In this document: piece after piece, positions 1 to 6,635 of the stretch
Numbering within the stretch: the first letter of the stretch is position 1
Layout of the letters: each line of letters begins with the position of its first letter
IMG/VR virus record: IMGVR_UViG_3300046822_000192
Reading direction: 5' to 3' (one strand)
Source: an uncultured virus (IMG/VR IMGVR_UViG_3300046822_000192)
Taxonomy: Duplodnaviria > Heunggongvirae > Uroviricota > Caudoviricetes
Length of the DNA stretch: 20,000 nucleotides
The notes under the pieces: model-generated
Told to the model about the DNA's origin: nothing
What the model saw: only the letters and a program-made list of their open reading frames with translations
Database searches by the model: none
Made by a program: the position numbers and the translations under genes

Positions 1-39
1 GTGAATGCGTCTGTCAGAGTTCGAATCTCTGTCTCGGTA
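1..39 (+). tRNA. 3' part of a tRNA cut by the window edge (isotype not visible)
   Basis: T-arm CAGAG-TTCGAAT-CTCTG (15-31), then acceptor 3' strand TCTCGGT and discriminator A39; lies directly before the other tRNAs. Confidence 0.75.
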
Positions 40-43
40 CTTC

Positions 44-131
44 GGAAGAGTGTCCGGAATTTGGTCAACGGACCTGACTGCTAATCAGGCGACGAGTAAT
101 CGTCATGGAGGTTCGAGTCCTCTCTCTTCCG
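44..131 (+). tRNA. tRNA-Ser(GCT)
   Basis: Acceptor GGAAGAG/CTCTTCC, anticodon arm CCTGA-CTGCTAA-TCAGG (GCT 80-82), long variable arm, T-loop TTCGAGT, discriminator G. Confidence 0.95.
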
Positions 132-139
132 CTTTTAAT

Positions 140-224
140 GCCCTTGTGGTGGAATTTGGTAGACGCGGTCGGCTTAAACCCGGCTATCCTTCGGGATATC
201 ACGGTTCGAATCCGTGCAGGGGCA
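140..224 (+). tRNA. tRNA-Leu(TAA)
   Basis: Acceptor GCCCTTG/CAGGGGC, anticodon arm GTCGG-CTTAAAC-CCGGC, variable arm TATCC-TTCG-GGATA, T-arm CACGG-TTCGAAT-CCGTG, discriminator A. Confidence 0.95.
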
Positions 225-229
225 CTCAT

Positions 230-305
230 CGTGACGTATAGAAGTCTGGTTTTTCTAACCGGTCCTGGAAACCGGCAAGCGCAGGTTCGAATCCTGCCGT
301 CACGA
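230..305 (+). tRNA. tRNA-Pro(TGG), atypical anticodon loop (C33, A37)
   Basis: Acceptor CGTGACG/CGTCACG + A73, anticodon arm CCGGT-CCTGGAA-ACCGG (TGG 266-268), T-arm GCAGG-TTCGAAT-CCTGC. Confidence 0.88.
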
Positions 306-310
306 CTTAT

Positions 311-386
311 AGCGTAGTGCGGAAGTCTGGTCATCCTTCCTGCTTCGGAAGCAGGCAATTCGTGGGTTCAAATCCCACCTACGCTA
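311..386 (+). tRNA. tRNA-Pro(CGG), atypical (A37, A1-U72)
   Basis: Acceptor AGCGTAG/CTACGCT + A73, anticodon arm CCTGC-TTCGGAA-GCAGG (CGG 346-348), T-arm GTGGG-TTCAAAT-CCCAC. Confidence 0.88.
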
Positions 387-390
387 CTAT

Positions 391-463
391 GGGGGCATAG
401 CAAAGTCTGGCAATGCATCCGGCTCTGACCCGGACATCGGAGGTTCAAATCCTTCTGCCCCTT
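391..463 (+). tRNA. tRNA-Gln(CTG)
   Basis: Acceptor GGGGGCA/TGCCCCT + U73, anticodon arm TCCGG-CTCTGAC-CCGGA, T-arm GGAGG-TTCAAAT-CCTTC. Confidence 0.9.
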
Positions 464-489
464 CTTACACTAACTGCCTACGATAATTT

Positions 490-729
490 TCACTTCGTAC
501 GACCTCCAGAGTCTTTCGCATCCATATTCTTTTCGATATTCTGCATCAAATCGCGAAGTTCCTGAAATTTACGTTTAATCACGCGTACTTCCATGTAATT
601 TTTAGGCGCACAAAGGCAATCTTTTTGGCGCAGCACACGCGCCTGAGCGGTTGAAAGATCCTTAAATAGAATCTTGTAAGCCTTATCGGCGGATTCTTCC
701 AGTGATTTCAAATCGTGAATATCCAACAT
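490..729 (-). CDS. hypothetical protein (79 aa, helical/charged)
   Basis: ORF with a promoter directly upstream; helical amphipathic composition. Confidence 0.7.
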   Translation of the reverse strand: MLDIHDLKSLEESADKAYKILFKDLSTAQARVLRQKDCLCAPKNYMEVRVIKRKFQELRDLMQNIEKNMDAKDSGGRTK

Positions 730-735
730 GCGGAG

Positions 736-765
736 AGGCTAGCATGAAACTAGCGTAAATGTCAA
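736..765 (-). promoter_or_regulatory. sigma70-like promoter, probably leaderless, for CDS 490-729
   Basis: Minus strand TTGACA (765-760), 18 nt spacer ending TG-C, TAGCCT (741-736), 6 nt, then ATG at 729. Confidence 0.6.
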
Positions 766-778
766 TGGGGGCAGCGAA

Positions 779-801
779 GAGTGATGCCGTAGGCATCACT
801 C
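779..801. repeat. perfect 10-bp inverted repeat with GTA triloop
   Basis: GAGTGATGCC-GTA-GGCATCACTC, followed by AT-rich ATACATATATATTACATGTA. Confidence 0.85.
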
Positions 802-1268
802 GGAGCGGGGGCAATACATATATATTACATGTAGATAGTACCTCCCCTACTCGCAGGTCCCAAGTACGTGCGACAGGCAGACATAAACAAACTATCCGGC
901 TCTTGAATTGAATTTACTTCCCACTGCGAGTTGATGAGAAGTGCTTGCCTCGATACCGCAAGTTTCGATGGACTGGCGGCACAAGAGTAGGGCCTCGTTG
1001 TCCCATACTCCTTTTCAAGTATCACATCTGGCAGCTTACAAACACGCCAGAGTTGCGTAAATAGTTATACTAGCGAAATATCGATATTGTTGTTCTTTGC
1101 CAGCGTTTCATTTTGCTCCATATATTTCGTTAATGGTGCTCGACGTTCACAGGCAGCAACGTCGATTTCGGGTACATTGCCCGCAATAAATTTTGTATTC
1201 GTGATTGCACTTCATTTGTGGATACGCTGAGGATTCTAACACGCCAGCCGGACTCTCAAAATTTTTAT

Positions 1269-1297
1269 TTGACATCTACCTTGCATTTGAGTATTCT
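1269..1297 (+). promoter_or_regulatory. sigma70-like promoter
   Basis: TTGACA-17 nt-TATTCT with AT-rich upstream sequence; GAGGT SD and ATG at 1316 follow. Confidence 0.75.
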
Positions 1298-1315
1298 CTT
1301 TCGCGAGGTATTCAA

Positions 1316-1669
1316 ATGAATCAGAATGCGACAATAAAACACGACGAGATAGATATGGCGGGAAAAGCCGCTACGATTCCGGCTGGAGTGGACGCTCGGC
1401 TGAGGAAGTTAGTAAACGACTGGGCACTGTGGTGTCTAAAACCCGCTACAAAACCTACACAGGCTCAGTTGGATATTATTACGTTATCTGCGTATAGCGG
1501 CGGAATAACGGCTCTTATGGATATGCGCCTCATCGCGATGATGCATTTCGAGCTGTGCAAGACCAGCCAGGAATACCGCAAGATCTGCGATGTTATGCTG
1601 GATGAAGTTCTTGGCGGGCCACAGGACTGTCTGGACACGTTACTGGCTGATATGCTGCAGGGGCGTTAA
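1316..1669 (+). CDS. hypothetical protein (117 aa)
   Basis: ORF 1205-1669; start moved to ATG 1316 (MNQNATIK), which lies after the promoter and SD GAGGT. Confidence 0.75.
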   Translation: MNQNATIKHDEIDMAGKAATIPAGVDARLRKLVNDWALWCLKPATKPTQAQLDIITLSAYSGGITALMDMRLIAMMHFELCKTSQEYRKICDVMLDEVLGGPQDCLDTLLADMLQGR

Positions 1670-1670
1670 G

Positions 1671-2069
1671 ATGAACCAGAAACTCAACATTCGCAATTTC
1701 AAACGTCTCCGGAATTATATCGCCAAACACGTCACGCCGGGAGAAGTCTACATGGACTGGTATTTTGCCGTTAAAACGCGAAATATATTTGAAGAATTCT
1801 CTGTCGGTTGTGACACTCCGGGTTGTATTTACGGGCACTGCGCTGCACATTTCAAGAACAACAAAAGCGGCAGGTATACAGCACAGTCTATCGTAAATTT
1901 CTGTAATAAATTTCTCGGAATAGACCCCCTGTATGCAAGAAGACTTATGTGCATAGCCTGCTGGCCCGAGGAGTTACAGAATGATTACAGGTTCGGTATG
2001 GCTATCGAAAAGAAAAATGCCGTGCTGGAGCGGCTGGATCGTGTGATTGAGCGCGGAGATCTATATTAG
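1671..2069 (+). CDS. phage hypothetical protein with GCxTxGCxxGH motif
   Basis: ATG 1 nt after the previous stop; motif GCDTPGCIYGHC resembles a CGTxxCxxG motif seen in small phage proteins (recognised by eye). Confidence 0.75.
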   Translation: MNQKLNIRNFKRLRNYIAKHVTPGEVYMDWYFAVKTRNIFEEFSVGCDTPGCIYGHCAAHFKNNKSGRYTAQSIVNFCNKFLGIDPLYARRLMCIACWPEELQNDYRFGMAIEKKNAVLERLDRVIERGDLY

Positions 2070-2070
2070 C

Positions 2071-2682
2071 ATGCCGAAGAAACGTAGTGCGCCGAAGAAA
2101 CGTCGAATCAAGACTGCAATTTGCGTTGATCCGATGGGATGTGGCTGGCATACTCCGGAAGAAGAGATTGAATCACACATCAAGTATGCCAGTTCTGCAT
2201 TGGATGCGACTCTCGATTGGTATCAGATACATTGTATCGGTCCAAGCTATATAAAGCCTGGAACCGAGTTGGTAATTTTCGATTTTGGCGGGATGTCTTG
2301 CGGTAACTATCTTATGGCTTGCAATTCTCGCGAGCTGATTAAATGGGCTTTAGATCATCCTGATGCACTCGTTTTGGTAGCATCCGGGTTTACCTACAGC
2401 AACGGTGTCCAATGTGAAATGGAGGCATTAGGATTCGCCAAGCTGCCAAACGTTATCGATGCCGGGTGTATTTCGGACGAGATTATTCCTGAATGGTTCA
2501 AGACTGGAAAGTCCGGACCGGCGTCTGTGCCAGAGGCAGTTTGCATGCGCTGCGAGCATCTTATCAGCAATCCTCTATACGGCGCTGGAGAGGCACACAT
2601 CTGTTCGAAGTGTCTGAATCTCGTTTGCGGTGCGTGTTGGGAAGAAAAGAAATCTATTTGCGGCGATTGCGCAAAGTGGTAA
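2071..2682 (+). CDS. receiver-domain-like protein with C-terminal Cys8 zinc-finger region
   Basis: ICVD...ELVIFDFGG...VLVASG resembles REC beta1/beta3/beta4; C-terminus has CMRC, CSKC, CGAC, CGDC. Confidence 0.6.
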   Translation: MPKKRSAPKKRRIKTAICVDPMGCGWHTPEEEIESHIKYASSALDATLDWYQIHCIGPSYIKPGTELVIFDFGGMSCGNYLMACNSRELIKWALDHPDALVLVASGFTYSNGVQCEMEALGFAKLPNVIDAGCISDEIIPEWFKTGKSGPASVPEAVCMRCEHLISNPLYGAGEAHICSKCLNLVCGACWEEKKSICGDCAKW

Positions 2683-2683
2683 A

Positions 2684-2712
2684 TTGACATTTGTACCCAG
2701 TGCTGGTATAAT
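2684..2712 (+). promoter_or_regulatory. consensus sigma70 promoter with extended -10
   Basis: TTGACA-17 nt-TATAAT with TG at the extended -10 position; GGAGG SD at 2720-2724. Confidence 0.9.
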
Positions 2713-2728
2713 GCTTTTCGGAGGCACA

Positions 2729-2983
2729 ATGACACGACTGACAAAACAGGTTTCGAGATTCACCGATGCAATGGTCCGCGATCGCGGTAGATTGCGGAAT
2801 ATTGTTGTTACTCTTTTTCCGAACGACACGCTAGGATTGCGTCTGGCCAAGACCCGCAAGACAGAAATTGTTACCCTGGAGTCGATTTACAGTCTTGCTG
2901 TGAAACAGCGCGTAGCCTTGGAACGGGCCGAGAAGCGCAAAGCTCGCACTGAGAAATTGAAACTTCGAGGGAGACAGCGGTGA
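2729..2983 (+). CDS. small basic hypothetical protein (84 aa)
   Basis: ATG 2729 after a consensus promoter and GGAGG; MTRLTKQVSR...; K/R-rich C-terminal helix. Confidence 0.85.
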   Translation: MTRLTKQVSRFTDAMVRDRGRLRNIVVTLFPNDTLGLRLAKTRKTEIVTLESIYSLAVKQRVALERAEKRKARTEKLKLRGRQR

Positions 2984-3138
2984 TCTATCCGGAATTAGCA
3001 TTGCAATGGTTTTGGCTGCGTCAGCTTTGTACAATTTGCAGTGGAAATGAGAGACGCGAACGCCGCTCAAACGGGAAGTACTACGGTTCCAGATGCAAGT
3101 GGTATTTGCTTAGAGACGGGTGGCATTACATTGTATAG
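2980..3138 (+). CDS. small hypothetical protein (52 aa, not in ORF track)
   Basis: GTGA overlap with the previous stop, upstream GGAG; MIYPELALQWFWLRQLCTICSGNERRERRSNGKYYGSRCKWYLLRDGWHYIV. Confidence 0.45.
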   Translation: MIYPELALQWFWLRQLCTICSGNERRERRSNGKYYGSRCKWYLLRDGWHYIV

Positions 3139-3172
3139 TATTTTGGATTCGCTTTACCGGCAAAGCGAACAG

Positions 3173-3694
3173 ATGATGCTGTCGAGTCCTGTAACGCTCA
3201 GTGACACAAAATTCTTTTTACCGAATTCCAAGTTCGGTGCATTTATGTCAGCTCAGTTTGATGGCAGACTGATTTATGATGTTGGGGCTGGAGTCGGGCA
3301 TGTCGCGAAAGAGCTTACGGAACGCGGTCTGAAAGTTATCGCGATTGATATCATCAGACGGCAGGACACAGAATTCAATGTAGAAATGGTGCCTGGATCG
3401 GCGTGCGGTTACCGTCGCGGTTCGGTTGTCATGCTATGCCGTCCGTGTCACGGGTCTTTTATAGAGATGGTGTTTCGGCAAGCTGTTATGTGTAAAGCTG
3501 GGACACTAGTCTATGTCGGCAAGCAATCCAATGTTGCTGGAGATCTCGGCGGGTGGCGTTACCGTGGAAAGAATCCTGCTCGTATTCAGTTTAAGAAAAT
3601 GCTGTCGAATGCCGGAAAAGATGGTGAGCATGTATGGGTTGCAAATTTACCCCTATTTGGTCAGACGCCGGTAGCCGCGCCGGGTAATGTCTAA
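3173..3694 (+). CDS. class I SAM-dependent methyltransferase-fold protein (start uncertain, ORF open from 3041)
   Basis: Motif I IYDVGAGVG and motif II VIAID, then VMLCRPCHG. Confidence 0.75.
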   Translation: MMLSSPVTLSDTKFFLPNSKFGAFMSAQFDGRLIYDVGAGVGHVAKELTERGLKVIAIDIIRRQDTEFNVEMVPGSACGYRRGSVVMLCRPCHGSFIEMVFRQAVMCKAGTLVYVGKQSNVAGDLGGWRYRGKNPARIQFKKMLSNAGKDGEHVWVANLPLFGQTPVAAPGNV

Positions 3695-4063
3695 CTTGAG
3701 CCTGTTATCATCTTTGAACTTGGAGCGCTCGCGATAGATTTTGCGGATCTTGAATAGTTCTTCGGTAGCTTGTTGCGGATTGCGTTTATAGCCATCCTTG
3801 GTGATTTCGATCCAGCGATGGCAGCGGCTGCAAACTGACCACAAGTCACTAGGAACCATTCCAGACAGGTTCTCCAGGGTATACGCTCCGTGATGTACCT
3901 GCATTATAGCCTGACCGTCTCGTCTGGCACAGGCGTAACACTCCGGATCTTGTGCCAGTTTCTGCTCTCGAATAGATTTCCACAGCGGTGACCGCAAATA
4001 CGCCGGATAATCCTTGAAACCCAGTTCGATCAAAATCTGATTTCTTTCAGCATAGGCATCCAT
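3653..4063 (-). CDS. HNH endonuclease
   Basis: YLRSPLWKSIR...CYAC...QVHH...DLWSVCSRCH; AGGA SD before ATG 4063. Confidence 0.9.
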   Translation of the reverse strand: MDAYAERNQILIELGFKDYPAYLRSPLWKSIREQKLAQDPECYACARRDGQAIMQVHHGAYTLENLSGMVPSDLWSVCSRCHRWIEITKDGYKRNPQQATEELFKIRKIYRERSKFKDDNRLKLDITRRGYRRLTK

Positions 4064-4183
4064 ATTTTGTCCTGGTTTTACCTTATTTCGGAACCTGCTG
4101 GTAAATCTACGTTTACGACGTCTTCGACGAACCATTGCATTATTCTGCTACCATGCCGTGGCATACCCTCATAATCCAGATCT

Positions 4184-4432
4184 ATGAAGTCACGAAATAT
4201 TGGACCGGTCGGTGGAAAGGTAGCTGTTAATGGCCCGGCAAGCTCTACAGGCTCGATTAAAGAGTCTGGGCTGTCTCCTATGAGTACGCATCCTGTTAAC
4301 GCGGTGCCTGTTATCCAGCCGCTGCCTATTGATGTGAAGACGCCTCCAGGTGTCGGCATTGGCAAGAAACCGCATGACCGTCCGTCAGATCCGATGGTTC
4401 CCGGCCCGCCAGTAAGCACGATTGGGAACTAA
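4184..4432 (+). CDS. Pro/Gly-rich hypothetical protein (82 aa)
   Basis: ORF fills the gap; CATAAT ends 8 nt before the ATG; no aromatic residues. Confidence 0.6.
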   Translation: MKSRNIGPVGGKVAVNGPASSTGSIKESGLSPMSTHPVNAVPVIQPLPIDVKTPPGVGIGKKPHDRPSDPMVPGPPVSTIGN

Positions 4433-4444
4433 TCATAAATTCTT

Positions 4445-4485
4445 ATAAGCACACGGTAAACCTGTGATACTATCCGTGTGCTTAT
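4445..4485. promoter_or_regulatory. 12-bp inverted repeat enclosing an extended -10 (TGTGATACTAT)
   Basis: ATAAGCACACGG (4445-4456) / CCGTGTGCTTAT (4474-4485); the right arm overlaps the start codon. Confidence 0.7.
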
Positions 4486-4840
4486 GTCTATTCAAGCAAT
4501 TCTTCGCCACAATTTATCCGGTACTTGGGAGCTTCTAACCAACGATCCTGCGCAGGATGTTCTTGCGGACGCGCCTACCGAAGACGAGGCTTATGTCCTT
4601 GCGGCTGAGCTGGATTTGGAGATAGTTAAACCGGCTCCGGTGTTGTCCGGAAAAGCTACAAATGCCTGCAAGACTGTCGGTTCTCTACCTTTGAATACTC
4701 TCTTTCGTATCGACAATATGTGGTATAGAAATATCAAAATGGGAAAGGTCTGCACTGTTACCGTAGTCGGTCAGAAGCGTGAAATAGAAATGTCCGGTAA
4801 TATGGCAATCAGTGCTGTGAGCGTAATGAATCTAGTATGA
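4484..4840 (+). CDS. hypothetical protein
   Basis: ORF (alternative GTG at 4478) with ATGA overlap into the next gene. Confidence 0.75.
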   Translation: MSIQAILRHNLSGTWELLTNDPAQDVLADAPTEDEAYVLAAELDLEIVKPAPVLSGKATNACKTVGSLPLNTLFRIDNMWYRNIKMGKVCTVTVVGQKREIEMSGNMAISAVSVMNLV

Positions 4841-5316
4841 CAAAAGGTGTAAAGACTCCGTTGGAGATCCGTGCTGCGAAAATGAAAGCCAGGATGTTGC
4901 GCAAATCCGAACCTGAAGGTATTCCGGTATACTGGGCGGATAAAGATGTACGACAGGCTAGATTGCGTGTATTGTGCGAGTATATGGGGCTTACCCATAC
5001 CGAGTTTGCTTCAAAACTTGGCGTCTCTTTATCATTTCTTGACAAAGTTATTCATGGTAAGCGCCCGTGTCCTATGCCGATGTTAAAGCTTGCTGAAGTT
5101 ATCTATCGCGCATTCATCCAGCAGATGAAGCGTGATCGTGCCAAAGAGGCTCTGGAAGTGGTGAAGCTGGAATTACCGGATATCGCGACAATTGATCAGG
5201 CTATACGCATAGCTATTTTCAAATTGCATGCGCGTGGGAAGTCTCAAGAAGAGATAGCAGCGGAATTGGCTATCAGTCCAGATAAAGTAGAGGCTTGTAT
5301 TACAGCTTTGCACTAG
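4837..5316 (+). CDS. XRE-family HTH regulator with a second C-terminal HTH
   Basis: GLTHTEFASKLGVSLSFLDKVIHGKR and GKSQEEIAAELAISPDKV. Confidence 0.85.
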   Translation: MTKGVKTPLEIRAAKMKARMLRKSEPEGIPVYWADKDVRQARLRVLCEYMGLTHTEFASKLGVSLSFLDKVIHGKRPCPMPMLKLAEVIYRAFIQQMKRDRAKEALEVVKLELPDIATIDQAIRIAIFKLHARGKSQEEIAAELAISPDKVEACITALH

Positions 5317-5346
5317 TGGCTTGGGAGTATAATAAGAGCCTTCTTA

Positions 5347-5904
5347 ATGCCTGAAAATGACACCGGCCCGCAGATCTCCGATGATGAATTTCTAGCGGCT
5401 GTTTCTCCGCGAGATCTCCACGGGCGTATCAACTTGCGTATCGAGAAATCACTCCAGCACGAGATTGAGAATATTGCCGAGGATAGTCGATATCCACTCA
5501 ACTCTTCGTCTGAAGTTGTACGCTATTGCTGTCTCTACGGTCTGGAGAGATTACGCGAATGGAAGCCTGGACCGACACTTCTAGGTAACATCAAAGCCGC
5601 AAATGCTCTAATGGCGCGAGATAAGATTCAATGTGAAACTGTAGATCTACTTGCACGTTTGGATGAGCGCATCGACTGGTACATCACGAATAATTATTTC
5701 GACGAGGCCATTGACTTAGTGGCCAGAGTTCGTGCATACTTCGACAGCTCCGAAGACTTCTGGGCGTCGAGAATACGTTCTGAGATTGATGCGAAGTTCT
5801 CCGGATGGTTGGATCAGATAGATGCAAGGAGAGCTATAAATGACAAGGAAGGCCCCGACAATGAAATCCACGCAGATGATATCGAAGTTGACCCTTTTGC
5901 ATAG
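5347..5904 (+). CDS. putative ribbon-helix-helix DNA-binding protein
   Basis: RINLRIEKSLQHEIENIA...SSSEVVRYCC fits the RHH strand-helix-helix pattern; acidic tail. Confidence 0.6.
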   Translation: MPENDTGPQISDDEFLAAVSPRDLHGRINLRIEKSLQHEIENIAEDSRYPLNSSSEVVRYCCLYGLERLREWKPGPTLLGNIKAANALMARDKIQCETVDLLARLDERIDWYITNNYFDEAIDLVARVRAYFDSSEDFWASRIRSEIDAKFSGWLDQIDARRAINDKEGPDNEIHADDIEVDPFA

Positions 5905-6448
5905 ACCAGGATTCTTTGGTCGCCGGAAACCAGAAATCATAGCAGACTTGAATCGCGAGCACGGTGAAAATAACTGGACGCTAGTCTGGCACGATGGAAT
6001 TGGTGATCCTGAAGATCCTAACGCGGTTCTAGTAGAATTTTTCGCTGCGTGCCTGCTGTTCTATGAACAGAGCTACATTCAATATTTTCGCGAGCATCCC
6101 GAGGAATTAGATTTTATTTGCTCGTTTGGTGAAGTTATCGACAATGCTATGTCGAATATCGAGTCCGGTTGCAATTATGCGCAGCAGGAAACGGCAGCGA
6201 CTCACATTCAGGATATCGCAATTCGCAATGCTCTCGAACTAAATGGTCGGTGGTTCGAAGGTCCGCAGGATAGGATCTTAGTAGTTCGCAGTCACGATAG
6301 CGAAGGCTACCGATTCAGTCCTGGTGTTATTCCTTATCATGATAAGGAGCACATCACAATGCCGTCAAAATGCCCGAAATGGGCTGCACGGTTCTCGCTA
6401 GAAGACTTCTGGCAGTCGAACAAGTATATTGCGGTGATTAATGCCTGA
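5861..6448 (+). CDS. hypothetical enzyme-like protein (start could be 5876)
   Basis: Long globular ORF; segments THIQDIAIR and SLEDFWQSNK. Confidence 0.75.
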   Translation: MKSTQMISKLTLLHRPGFFGRRKPEIIADLNREHGENNWTLVWHDGIGDPEDPNAVLVEFFAACLLFYEQSYIQYFREHPEELDFICSFGEVIDNAMSNIESGCNYAQQETAATHIQDIAIRNALELNGRWFEGPQDRILVVRSHDSEGYRFSPGVIPYHDKEHITMPSKCPKWAARFSLEDFWQSNKYIAVINA

Positions 6449-6635
6449 TAGTAGAAACGAATTGATACAGGCTGCAAAAGAGCTTACGAATCCTATGACT
6501 AATCAGGATGCACTAGCAACGGGTGTTGCATTGCTTGGATTATCAATTAATAATGCAGCACACCATATCGCAGTCGCTATAAAAGAAGCGGCAATTATTC
6601 TCGGGAATTCGATTGGAAATCAGGTAAGACGTTAA
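6441..6635 (+). CDS. small hypothetical protein
   Basis: Overlaps the previous stop and abuts the next start. Confidence 0.7.
   Translation: MPDSRNELIQAAKELTNPMTNQDALATGVALLGLSINNAAHHIAVAIKEAAIILGNSIGNQVRR

Noticed and set aside
5..358. ORFs 5-241, 105-317 and 65-358
   Set aside because: They lie over well-formed tRNA genes and are shadow ORFs
825..1025. Minus-strand 66-aa ORF and its upstream in-frame segment
   Set aside because: Interrupted by TAA at 1065-1067, with no SD or recognisable motif; not supportable as a gene or as readthrough
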